DNA of 64,000 nucleotides from Candidatus Omnitrophota bacterium (GTDB taxonomy: Bacteria > Omnitrophota > Gorgyraeia > JABMRG01 > JAFGKX01). Shown here piece after piece: positions 17,614 to 27,092 of this stretch; the stretch's first letter is position 1; every line of letters begins with the position of its first letter. The translations under genes were made by a program, and so were the position numbers. Where the stretch lies: the NCBI GenBank assembly GCA_043797125.1, contig JAZDPX010000023.1, positions 67,098-131,097 of the forward strand. The letters run 5' to 3'. The notes beneath the pieces were generated by a model. The model saw only the letters and a program-made list of their open reading frames with translations. It had not been told where the DNA came from and did no database searches.

Positions 17614-18206
17614 GAAAGCTGTTTTTCGAATTCATAAAAGGTATAATTCAGGAAAACCCGGTATTTGTACTGGTCTTGGGCCTTTGTCCTACGTTGGCAA
17701 TTTCAACCAGCGTTATAAATTCAATAGGCATGGGAATTGCAGCTACATTTGTTCTTGTTGGTTCCAATGTAATTATCGCTAGCCTGCGTAACCTTATACC
17801 TGATAAGGTGAGAATACCGTGCTATATAGTGGTTATTGCGACTTTTGTTACTATTGTCGAACTTTCGCTTAAAGCGTATTCTCCGGTGCTGGACAGGGCG
17901 CTGGGCATATATGTGCCGTTAATAGTTGTAAATTGTATTATTATGGCCAGGGCAGAGGCTTATGCCGCTAAACAACCTGTTCTTAATTCATTGCTTGACG
18001 GATTAGGCATGGGTATAGGCTTTACCATATCCATCATTTTTATCGCGGCAATAAGAGAATTTTTAGGTTCAGGCACTTTTCTTGGAATGCCTGTGATAAA
18101 AGGTTTCGAGCCGGCGATATTTTTTGTGCTTTCGCCGGGGGCGCTGCTTGTCATGGGTTGTTTATTGGGAATGTTTAATTATATTAAGGCTCGAGGAAAA
18201 AACTAA
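17610..18206 (+). CDS. rnfE: Rnf complex subunit E
   Basis: RnfE/NqrD-like polytopic membrane protein; 4-nt overlap with rnfG. Confidence 0.85.
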   Translation: MRKLFFEFIKGIIQENPVFVLVLGLCPTLAISTSVINSIGMGIAATFVLVGSNVIIASLRNLIPDKVRIPCYIVVIATFVTIVELSLKAYSPVLDRALGIYVPLIVVNCIIMARAEAYAAKQPVLNSLLDGLGMGIGFTISIIFIAAIREFLGSGTFLGMPVIKGFEPAIFFVLSPGALLVMGCLLGMFNYIKARGKN

Positions 18207-18212
18207 ACCGAC

Positions 18213-18821
18213 ATGGATTTCGCAAAAATTATGACGATAGCAATAAGCGCAATGTTTATAAATAATTTTGTCGTTGCGCGCTTTCTGGGACTGTGCCCTT
18301 TTATGGGGGTTTCAAAGCAGACAAGGCCCGCGTTATGCATGTCAGCCGCTGTTATTTTTGTTATATCCGGCTCGTCAGTTATAACTTGGCTTTTATATAA
18401 TTACATGCTTATACCTTTGAAGCTGGAATATATGAGCACCATAGCCTTTATATTGGTTATAGCTGTTTTTGTGCAGTTTGTGGATATGGCTATGCTGAAA
18501 TTTTCAGCTCCCCTGCACAGGGCATTGGGAATATACCTTCCTCTGATAACAACGAATTGCGCTGTCTTGGGAGTAGCTGTGCTTAACGTAAATATGTTTT
18601 TTAAAGACGGCCGCCCGTTACAAAATTCATTGGCTAATTCCTTTTTTCAGGCCTTTTTTGCGAGCTTGGGATTCGCGCTGGCTATGATGCTTATGTCCGG
18701 CATAAGAGAAAGGCTGGATTTGGAAGACGCGCCAAAATCTTTAGAGGGCCTACCGCTGGCATTTATTGTGGCAGCGCTTATGTCCATAGCATTTTTAGGT
18801 TTCTCGGGATTTAAATTCTAA
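18213..18821 (+). CDS. rnfA: Rnf complex subunit A
   Basis: RnfA/NqrE-like polytopic membrane protein. Confidence 0.85.
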   Translation: MDFAKIMTIAISAMFINNFVVARFLGLCPFMGVSKQTRPALCMSAAVIFVISGSSVITWLLYNYMLIPLKLEYMSTIAFILVIAVFVQFVDMAMLKFSAPLHRALGIYLPLITTNCAVLGVAVLNVNMFFKDGRPLQNSLANSFFQAFFASLGFALAMMLMSGIRERLDLEDAPKSLEGLPLAFIVAALMSIAFLGFSGFKF

Positions 18822-18822
18822 T

Positions 18823-19632
18823 ATGGCTATATTAATACCGACAATAGTATTAGGCGGGCTAGGTCTTATCTTCGGGCTTTGGCTGGCATTTGCGCTTAAG
18901 ATATTTCACGTAGAGACAGACCCGAGGGCTGAGCAGATACTAAAAATCCTGCCCGGGGCAAACTGCGGCGCGTGTGGGTTTGCCGGATGCCAGGGATTTG
19001 CAGAAGCGCTTATAAGAGGTAAGACAGAGCTTAGTTGTTGCGCATTGTGCGGAAATGAAATGCGCGAGCGTTTAGGAACTATTTTAGGCGTTGAGGCAAC
19101 GCAAAAAATAAAGCGATTAGCCACTTTAAAATGCGGCGGCGGCACAAGGTGCGCTGACAAATATGATTATTCAGGCCCTGAGACATGCATGGCTGCAGAG
19201 ATGCTGTTAGGCGGCAATAAGGCATGCCACTATGCGTGCCTTGGTTTCGGCGATTGCAAGCTCGTCTGCCCTTTTAATGCTATTACGATGGGAGAAGACA
19301 GGCTCCCGTCTATAAATCCGGAGAAATGCACTGCCTGCGGCAAATGCGTTACAGCCTGCCCAAAAAAAGTTCTTGTTTTAACGCTTTTTGATAAATTATA
19401 TCATATAAAGTGCAGTTCAAGGGACAAAGGCGCTAAGGTTATGAAGATTTGCAAGGTAGGCTGTATCGCCTGCGGCAAATGCGCAACTACATGCCCTACG
19501 AAAGCCATTGTAATAAAGGATAATTTAGCTGTTATAGATTATGAGAAATGCATAAATTGCGGGGCGTGTTTTAAGGTATGCCCCACGCACGCGATAGAGC
19601 AAGGGAGGCAAAATGAGCGAAGGGATAATTGA
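18823..19632 (+). CDS. rnfB: Rnf complex subunit B (polyferredoxin)
   Basis: N-terminal membrane anchor; GANCGACGFAGCQGFAEAL; multiple CxxCxxCxxxCP ferredoxin motifs. Confidence 0.85.
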   Translation: MAILIPTIVLGGLGLIFGLWLAFALKIFHVETDPRAEQILKILPGANCGACGFAGCQGFAEALIRGKTELSCCALCGNEMRERLGTILGVEATQKIKRLATLKCGGGTRCADKYDYSGPETCMAAEMLLGGNKACHYACLGFGDCKLVCPFNAITMGEDRLPSINPEKCTACGKCVTACPKKVLVLTLFDKLYHIKCSSRDKGAKVMKICKVGCIACGKCATTCPTKAIVIKDNLAVIDYEKCINCGACFKVCPTHAIEQGRQNERRDN

Positions 19633-19938
19633 GCTGACAGACAAGAATTTTAAATCCAACATTGAAAAGGGAATAATCCTTGTAGACTTCTGGGCTTCCT
19701 GGTGCGCTCCGTGCCATATGATAGCGCCGATTGTTGAAGAAGTTGCAAAGGAATATAAAGACAAGATACGCGTCGGAAAACTTAATGTTGATGCCAACCA
19801 GTTAACTGCAGCTGATTTGGAATAGTAAGTATTCCGAGCCTCATACTTTTTAAGGAAGGCAGGGAAGAGGCCAGGATAATAGGCGTCGTCCCGAAAGCCA
19901 AGATAATGGAAAAGATAGACCCGCTTATCGAGACATAG
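19613..19938 (+). pseudogene. trxA: thioredoxin with an apparent 1-nt frameshift near 19814-19820 (N-terminal part 19613-19825 with WCAPC, C-terminal part continues in another frame: FGIVSIPSLILFKEGREEARIIGVVPKAKIMEKIDPLIET)
   Basis: both halves match the thioredoxin consensus; inserting one base after GCTGA restores ...NQLTAAxFGIVSIPSLILFKEG. Confidence 0.6.
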
Positions 19939-19940
19939 GC

Positions 19941-21137
19941 ATGAATCACTTGACGCTTGTTTTAGATGTCGGCACCACCACTGTTAAAGGGCTTTTAATA
20001 AAAAAGCCTAAAGAAAAAGAGCTGGCCTCGGAGTTTGTTTTAAATGAGCAGATTAAATACGGCGAAGATATTATAACCAGAATAGATTTTGCTTTAAAAA
20101 GCCACGAGAATGCGGATAAATTAAAAAAAGCCGTACTTGGTTCTGTAAATGAGCTGGTTAAAAAACTTGTAAGCCAGCTTGCATATAAAGCACATGATAT
20201 AAAAGAGGCGGTGGTTGTCTGCAACACTGCCATGCATCATCTGTTCCTGGGTATTTCCGCAGCCACGCTGATAAAACCGCCTTATAAAGCATTACAAAAA
20301 TCAGAAATTATAATAAACGCTCGCGAGGCAGGCATTGATATATCTAAAGATGCGCCTGTAATAATTTTGCCGAACATCGGCGGCTTTGTGGGCTCAGATG
20401 CCATAGGCCTTATAATTGCATCAGGCATATACAAAGATAATAACGTTAAGTTGGCAATAGACATAGGCACTAATGGTGAAGTTGTATTGGGTTCGGCGCA
20501 GGAGATTCTGGTAACATCCACCGCCGCAGGGCCTGCATTTGAAGGCGGGTATGTAAGCTGCGGCATGCCAGCTGTAAATGGCGCAATCGAAAAAGTAAAG
20601 ATACTTAAAAACGGCTCAGTGAAAATATCCACAATAGGCAGCGTGGCTCCAAAAGGAATATGTGGCAGCGGCCTTATAGATTTGGTAGCGGAAATGTTCA
20701 GAACAGGGCTAGTCGATAAAACCGGCAAGATGAAAGAGCAAAGTTTTAATTTATATAAAAAAGGCAATACAGCTATTTTCATAACGCAGGCAGATATAAG
20801 AAAATTGCAGCTTGCAAAGGCAGCCATATATGCGGCTGCCAAGATTTTGATGAGGCATATGAATATAGAAAAATCAGAAATTTCCAAAGTTATAATGACA
20901 GGCTCTTTCGGCAGTTGTGTAGACCCGAAAAACGCCCTTTTGTTAGGGCTTTTGCCGGGCGTTTCCGCATCGCGTGTGGAGTTCATAAAAGACGCAAGTC
21001 TAATCGGCGCAAAAAGATATATATTATCGAAAGAAATACAAAATCAGTTAATCTCTGTTTTAAGCAAGGTCAAAAGGATTCCGCTTGCAGGTAAAAGTTT
21101 TCAAGATATATATGCGGATTCCATGGCGTTTGCGTAA
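19941..21137 (+). CDS. ASKHA-fold (sugar-kinase/actin-like) ATPase, DUF4445/BadF-like
   Basis: LVLDVGTTTVKG phosphate-1 motif; IGGFVGSDAIG; ICGSGLIDLV; glycine-rich ASKHA signatures. Confidence 0.45.
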   Translation: MNHLTLVLDVGTTTVKGLLIKKPKEKELASEFVLNEQIKYGEDIITRIDFALKSHENADKLKKAVLGSVNELVKKLVSQLAYKAHDIKEAVVVCNTAMHHLFLGISAATLIKPPYKALQKSEIIINAREAGIDISKDAPVIILPNIGGFVGSDAIGLIIASGIYKDNNVKLAIDIGTNGEVVLGSAQEILVTSTAAGPAFEGGYVSCGMPAVNGAIEKVKILKNGSVKISTIGSVAPKGICGSGLIDLVAEMFRTGLVDKTGKMKEQSFNLYKKGNTAIFITQADIRKLQLAKAAIYAAAKILMRHMNIEKSEISKVIMTGSFGSCVDPKNALLLGLLPGVSASRVEFIKDASLIGAKRYILSKEIQNQLISVLSKVKRIPLAGKSFQDIYADSMAFA

Positions 21138-21153
21138 TTAAGAAAGGCGCAAC

Positions 21154-21756
21154 ATGAATATAGCTGTATTTTGCTCAGGTAACGGCACCAATTTCCAGGC
21201 AATTGTCGATGCCTCCAAGAAAAAAGTTTTTAACGCTACTATATCGATTATGGTTTGTGATAATAAAGACGCCTTTGCCCTGGAGAGGGCAAAAAGCGAA
21301 GGTATAGAGACCCTGCTTGTATTAAGGGAGAATTTTAATACGCAGCAGGAGTTTGAAAGCAAGATAATCGCCTGTCTTAAAAAAGAGGATATAAAACTTA
21401 TATGCTTAGCCGGTTTTATGAGGATTTTAAGCCCCGAATTTGTCAACAAATATGAAGCGAGAATAATAAATATTCATCCGGCGCTTTTACCTTCATTTAA
21501 GGGAGCCCATGCTATAAAAGACGCTTTTGAATATGGCGTTAAGGTAACCGGGGTGACAGTGCACTTTGTTACCGACGAGCTTGATTCTGGACCCATTATT
21601 CTTCAGGAGCATGTGAAAGTTGAAGAAAAAGATACTCTGAAGAGTTTGGAAAAGAAGATACACAAGATAGAACATAAACTATATCCTGAGGCCATAAGGC
21701 TTTTTACAGAAGGCAAATTAAGAATAAAAGGAAAAAAGGTCGAGAGTAAAAAATGA
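21154..21756 (+). CDS. purN: phosphoribosylglycinamide formyltransferase
   Basis: MNIAVFCSGNGTNFQAI, INIHPALLPSFKG, VTVHFVTDELDSGPII. Confidence 0.9.
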   Translation: MNIAVFCSGNGTNFQAIVDASKKKVFNATISIMVCDNKDAFALERAKSEGIETLLVLRENFNTQQEFESKIIACLKKEDIKLICLAGFMRILSPEFVNKYEARIINIHPALLPSFKGAHAIKDAFEYGVKVTGVTVHFVTDELDSGPIILQEHVKVEEKDTLKSLEKKIHKIEHKLYPEAIRLFTEGKLRIKGKKVESKK

Positions 21757-23201
21757 TAAAGTTCGGCACATCCGGCTGGAGGGCGATTATAAGCGATGAG
21801 TTTACGTTTGATAATGTGAAGCTAGTGACACAAGCAATTGCAAATATGCTAAAGAAAAGCCCACAGCCCACAGCCCACAGCCCACAGCTAAGTGTAGTGG
21901 TCGGGTATGATACGAGGTTTCTGTCGAAAGAATTCGCGCAAGCCTGCGCAGATGTTTTAGCTTCAAACAATATCGAGGTTTTACTTTGCGATAGAGATAC
22001 GCCGACGCCGGTGATTGCTTATCAAATTCTAAAAAATAAAGCAGCAGGGGGCATAAACTTTACAGCAAGCCATAATCCCCCGGAGTATAACGGGATAAAG
22101 TTCTCGCCGGAAACAGCAGCCCCTGCTCCGCCGGAGGTTACCAAGCAAATCGAAGAGGAGATTTGCAGGTTGCAGAGCTCACAGCCCAGTGCGAAGCGAA
22201 GCGAAGCCTCCCCGAAGGGGACAGCCCAGAGCCCACAGCAAAAATACATTAAAACCTTTGACCCCAAGCCCGAATATTTTAAACAGATAAAGAAACTAAT
22301 AAATTTCACCGCCATTAGGAAGGCGAAGCTAAAAATCGCTATTGACTGCCTTTACGGCACATCAAGGGCTTACCTGGATACGCTGCTTAAAGACGCGAAT
22401 TGCAAAGTGGAAGTCCTGCACGACTGGCTCAACCCGTCTTTTGACGGCAAAAGGCCGGAGCCCGCAGAAGAAAACATACAGGCCCTGATTGAATGCGTAA
22501 AAAAGAGGAAGATGCATATAGGCCTATCCTGCGACGGCGATGCCGACAGATTTGGCATTGTTGATTCTGACGGCACTGTCATATCCGCTAACCAGGTTAT
22601 ATCGCTTTTGCTCTATCATTTAATTAAAACAAGACCGCTCAAGAAACATCCTACAGCTGCGCGCACAGTCGCGACCACTCATATGGTAGATAAAATCTGC
22701 GAAAAATTCGGCGTAAAAGTGCATGAAACCCCGGTAGGCTTTAAGTATTTCGCAGAATATTTAATCGGTGAAAATTGTGTTATTGCCGGCGAAGAATCAG
22801 GCGGGCTTTCAATTTCAGGACATGTGCCTGAAAAAGACGGGATACTTGCCTGTCTTTTAATGGCGGAGATGGTGGCAATTAATAAAAAACCGGCAGGAAA
22901 ATTATTGGAGGCTTTATATAAAGAATTCGGATATTTTTATTTTGAAAGGCTTGACCTTGCCATGAGCGAGGATAAAAAGAAAAAGCTCATGGACGGCCTG
23001 ATGAATAATACGCCGCAAACCTTTGCAAATCAGAAGATAGCCTCGGTGAATAAAAGCGACGGGTGCAAACTGCAGTTTGAGGATGAGTCGTGGGCATTAT
23101 TCAGGGCTTCGGGCACAGAACCTATTGTGCGTTGTTATTTCGAGGCCAGGACCTCAAAAAGGCTGAAAGAACTGATAGCCGCCGGAAAAGGGTTGACATA
23201 A
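21753..23201 (+). CDS. alpha-D-phosphohexomutase (phosphoglucomutase/phosphomannomutase family) with low-complexity inserts
   Basis: FGTSGWRA, catalytic TASHNPPEYNGIKF, GDGDADR metal loop; inserts encoded by CCCACAGC tandem repeats (21876-21897) and 22180-22240. Confidence 0.85.
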   Translation: MIKFGTSGWRAIISDEFTFDNVKLVTQAIANMLKKSPQPTAHSPQLSVVVGYDTRFLSKEFAQACADVLASNNIEVLLCDRDTPTPVIAYQILKNKAAGGINFTASHNPPEYNGIKFSPETAAPAPPEVTKQIEEEICRLQSSQPSAKRSEASPKGTAQSPQQKYIKTFDPKPEYFKQIKKLINFTAIRKAKLKIAIDCLYGTSRAYLDTLLKDANCKVEVLHDWLNPSFDGKRPEPAEENIQALIECVKKRKMHIGLSCDGDADRFGIVDSDGTVISANQVISLLLYHLIKTRPLKKHPTAARTVATTHMVDKICEKFGVKVHETPVGFKYFAEYLIGENCVIAGEESGGLSISGHVPEKDGILACLLMAEMVAINKKPAGKLLEALYKEFGYFYFERLDLAMSEDKKKKLMDGLMNNTPQTFANQKIASVNKSDGCKLQFEDESWALFRASGTEPIVRCYFEARTSKRLKELIAAGKGLT

Positions 23202-23213
23202 AATTTAGATTAA

Positions 23214-24527
<1,314 letters not shown>

Positions 24528-24542
24528 CACCGCATAACAGGT

Positions 24543-24815
24543 ATGTTAAACTTCAGCAGGACAGATATAATTATTTTTTCGATAATTATCGCGGTTGTAT
24601 TGGCTATTTTTATCCCAGGATATTCAAAATTACAGAAACTTAAGAGCGAAAATCAGGGCTTGACAGAACAGATAGAACGCCTTACAATAGAGAACACCAA
24701 GCTGGCTAAAGAAGCCACAAAATTGGAAAAGGACCCTCTTCATATAGAGGGCGTCGCCCGGGAAAAGATGGGCATGAGTAAAAAGGGCGAATTGATCTAT
24801 AAAATAGAAGAATAA
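24543..24815 (+). CDS. septum-formation initiator (FtsB/DivIC-like) small membrane coiled-coil protein
   Basis: single N-terminal TM followed by a coiled coil; lies immediately downstream of eno. Confidence 0.5.
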   Translation: MLNFSRTDIIIFSIIIAVVLAIFIPGYSKLQKLKSENQGLTEQIERLTIENTKLAKEATKLEKDPLHIEGVAREKMGMSKKGELIYKIEE

Positions 24816-24821
24816 AAACGA

Positions 24822-24898
24822 TGCGGGGTGGAGCAGCCAGGTAGCTCGACAGGCTCATAACCTGTAGGTCCTCGGTTCAAATCCGAGCCCCGCTACCA
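24822..24898 (+). tRNA. tRNA-Met (CAU), initiator-like (position 1:72 unpaired; acceptor, D and T arms closely resemble bacterial tRNA-fMet), CCA encoded
   Basis: TGCGGGG...CCCCGCT acceptor with 1:72 mismatch, anticodon loop CTCATAA, T-arm CTCGG-TTCAAAT-CCGAG. Confidence 0.85.
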
Positions 24899-24908
24899 AA
24901 ATGAAGAC

Positions 24909-24954
24909 AAGGCTTACGGAGTCCCGACGCTTCGGGACGACGTAAGCCTTTTGT
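24909..24954 (+). terminator. intrinsic terminator: 10-bp stem AAGGCTTACG...CGTAAGCCTT plus TTGT; contains and is followed by a 22-nt direct repeat GAGTCCCGACGCTTCGGGACGAC / GAGTCCCGACGCTACGGGATGAC
   Basis: read directly. Confidence 0.6.
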
Positions 24955-25052
24955 CTGAATTTTGTCCCGAGGAGTCCCGACGCTACGGGATGACGAGGGA
25001 CTTCGAGGATGTAATCCTTTACAATCTCGCTTTTTGCGAGTATAATAAACCA

Positions 25053-25178
25053 GTGAAAAAAATTGTTACTTTAATCCTCATAATAGTCATGCCGATATGG
25101 TTAAGCGGATGCGCGTTGATAGGAACAGCGCTAAGTGTTGCAGCTGCATACGGTTTATACAAGGCATTTGAAAAATAG
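25053..25178 (+). CDS. tiny lipoprotein (~41 aa, lipobox LSGC), GTG start 7 nt after a TATAAT box; track ORF 24951-25178 is probably too long
   Basis: VKKIVTLILIIVMPIWLSGCALIG...; upstream part of the track ORF overlaps a terminator hairpin. Confidence 0.35.
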   Translation: MKKIVTLILIIVMPIWLSGCALIGTALSVAAAYGLYKAFEK

Positions 25179-25201
25179 ATTTTTTACCAAAGGTATAAAC
25201 G

Positions 25202-25555
25202 ATGGAATATACAGGCAAAGAAAAAAGAAAATTTCCACGAACCGACCATGCCTATACAATAAGTTTTAAAAAACACAATGACCCGGCTGCTGATTGGGAT
25301 ATAAGCAATACCATGGATTTAAGTTTAGGCGGCGCGTTTTTTATAAGTAGAGAATTTTTACCTCCCGATACGGAACTGGATATAAATCTGAAGATCCCTT
25401 CGCAGAAAGAAGATTGTAAATGCCTTGCGCTCGTAAAAAGATGCAATGGCCCGGTTAAAAATACATATTATAAGATAGCTGCAAACTTCAAACATCAAGA
25501 TAAACTTTTCCAAGAGCCTCTTAAGAGATCCCTGGATTTCTTTCTAAATCAGTAA
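25202..25555 (+). CDS. stand-alone PilZ-domain protein (c-di-GMP binding)
   Basis: RKFPRTDHAY (RxxxR) and DLSLGGAFF (DxSxGG) motifs. Confidence 0.7.
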   Translation: MEYTGKEKRKFPRTDHAYTISFKKHNDPAADWDISNTMDLSLGGAFFISREFLPPDTELDINLKIPSQKEDCKCLALVKRCNGPVKNTYYKIAANFKHQDKLFQEPLKRSLDFFLNQ

Positions 25556-25597
25556 TAACTAATAAAAACTATTTACTATTGTATCTGAATTTTTCAG

Positions 25598-25626
25598 TTG
25601 ACAAAAACGACTTTTTTTGCTATGAT
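25598..25626 (+). promoter_or_regulatory. sigma70-like promoter: TTGACA, 17 bp spacer, TATGAT, for the ROK gene
   Basis: TTGACA 25598-25603, TATGAT 25621-25626. Confidence 0.5.
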
Positions 25627-25682
25627 TTATAAAGAGTTTTTAAAAATATGCTCGCCACAGGGCGAAGCAGGGAGGTAATAAA

Positions 25683-26915
25683 ATGACTATACGGCAAACT
25701 TTATTTAGGGATCAGGTACTTTCTGATCGGGAAAGGAAAAATCTCGCTATTCTGGATATCATAAGGAAAAGCGGGCCTGTAACAAGGACAGAAATTTCAA
25801 GGATAACCAAGCTAAACATAGTAACTGTTTCGAATTATGTAAACAGCTACATTGACAAAGACCTGGTTGTGGAGAAGGGTTATGATGTCTCAACAGGAGG
25901 CAGAAAGCCTACGCTGGTCGAGCTTAATTCAAAACAGGGTTATGTAATAGGCATAGACATAGGCCCTGTGAATATGACAGCTGTTTTGACTGACCTATCA
26001 AATAATGTGCTAAGTAAGATTAAGAAGCCGCGCCCGGAAGGCCCAATGAATGAGGTAATAACCAGTTCAATAGAGATGGTTTATGAGATAATTGAAAAGT
26101 CTAAGGTTGATAAGGCTAAAGTAAAAGGGGTTGGGTTGGGGATATCGGGCGTAATTGACGCTGTAGCAGGCACTGTAAGGGATACAGATCCAACGAGGGG
26201 ACAGACCACCGGTAGTTATGTTTCTGTGAAATCCATGGTTGAAAAAGAGTTTAATATGCCTACTTTTGTCGGCAATGATGCTACTGTAGCGGCATTCGGC
26301 GAAAAACGCTTAGGCCTTGAGCAGGAAATTAATGATATGCTTTATGTTTACTCGGATGTAGGCTGCGGCATAATAATCAAGGGTGAGATATATTGCGGAG
26401 CCGGAGGCAGCGCCGGAGAACTGCAACTTGCAACAGACAACCCATATGCCGAGAAATTCACATACTGGCAGAAGGATCCGACATATTTAAGGCCGTGGGG
26501 AGTTGATTTAGGCATAACTAACGAGGCTAAGAAGATTCTTACCAAGGAAAAGTCTTCCTCAAAAATACTGGATTTGGCCGGTGGCAATGTTGATGACATA
26601 AACATTGATATGGTAATCGAGGCAGCCAAGGCAGATGATAAGATAGCATTGGAATTGCTTGAGAATGCAGGACATCACTTAGGCGTGAGAATAGCTTATC
26701 TTATAAATCTGTTTAATCCGGAAATAGTGGTTGTAGGCGGCGGCGTAGAAAGAGCTGGTGAGCTATTCCTTGGGCCGATAAGGCAGGCTGTAAGAGGCCT
26801 GGCTTATGAAGAGCCTGCAAATACCGTTAAGATTATACCATCCAGGTTAGGTGATAGCGCTGTAGCTCTTGGCGCAGCAGCTTTGGTGTTAAGAGAGATT
26901 TTCGCCAGGATGTAG
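25683..26915 (+). CDS. ROK-family transcriptional regulator / sugar kinase (NagC/XylR-like)
   Basis: N-terminal wHTH RKNLAILDIIRKSGPVTRTEISRITKLNIVTVSNYV; ROK fold IGIDIGPVNM, GCGIIIKGEIYCG. Confidence 0.8.
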   Translation: MTIRQTLFRDQVLSDRERKNLAILDIIRKSGPVTRTEISRITKLNIVTVSNYVNSYIDKDLVVEKGYDVSTGGRKPTLVELNSKQGYVIGIDIGPVNMTAVLTDLSNNVLSKIKKPRPEGPMNEVITSSIEMVYEIIEKSKVDKAKVKGVGLGISGVIDAVAGTVRDTDPTRGQTTGSYVSVKSMVEKEFNMPTFVGNDATVAAFGEKRLGLEQEINDMLYVYSDVGCGIIIKGEIYCGAGGSAGELQLATDNPYAEKFTYWQKDPTYLRPWGVDLGITNEAKKILTKEKSSSKILDLAGGNVDDINIDMVIEAAKADDKIALELLENAGHHLGVRIAYLINLFNPEIVVVGGGVERAGELFLGPIRQAVRGLAYEEPANTVKIIPSRLGDSAVALGAAALVLREIFARM

Positions 26916-26938
26916 GAATATATCAGCAATAAAAAAAA

Positions 26939-26972
26939 GTAGGGGAGGCTTAAGCCTCCCCTACTTTTTGCC
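26939..26972 (+). terminator. intrinsic terminator AGTAGGGGAGGCTTAAGCCTCCCCTACT + TTTTTG
   Basis: 12-bp GC-rich stem, 4-nt loop, T-run. Confidence 0.75.
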
Positions 26973-27037
26973 CTTCAAAAAAACTCACAAAATCGCTACA
27001 AAATCCTTGACACAGTATACACTGTATGATACAGTTA

Positions 27038-27080
27038 TTATACAGCTTGTGATTAGATGATACTGTTGTGATACGGTTAA
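27038..27080 (+). repeat. three degenerate direct repeats (TGATACAGTT, ATGATACTGTT, GTGATACGGTT) overlapping the putative promoter, 5' leader and RBS of the efflux operon; same family as 11077-11100 and 38134-38157
   Basis: read directly; TTGACA at 27007-27012. Confidence 0.6.
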
Positions 27081-27092
27081 AAAAAGGAGACG

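Noticed and set aside
21876-21897. CCCACAGC tandem repeats as a CRISPR or VNTR locus
   Set aside because: Only 3 units, in frame inside a conserved enzyme gene, with no spacers. It is a coding microsatellite, not CRISPR.
24951-25052. Track start of the 75-aa ORF at 24951
   Set aside because: It overlaps the terminator hairpin and repeat. The lipoprotein-like part starts at GTG 25053 after a TATAAT box. Low confidence either way.
27068-27092. GTG 27068 as the TolC-like start
   Set aside because: GTG 27093 has a proper AGGAG RBS and begins a clean signal peptide. 27068 lies within the TGATACGGTT repeat.
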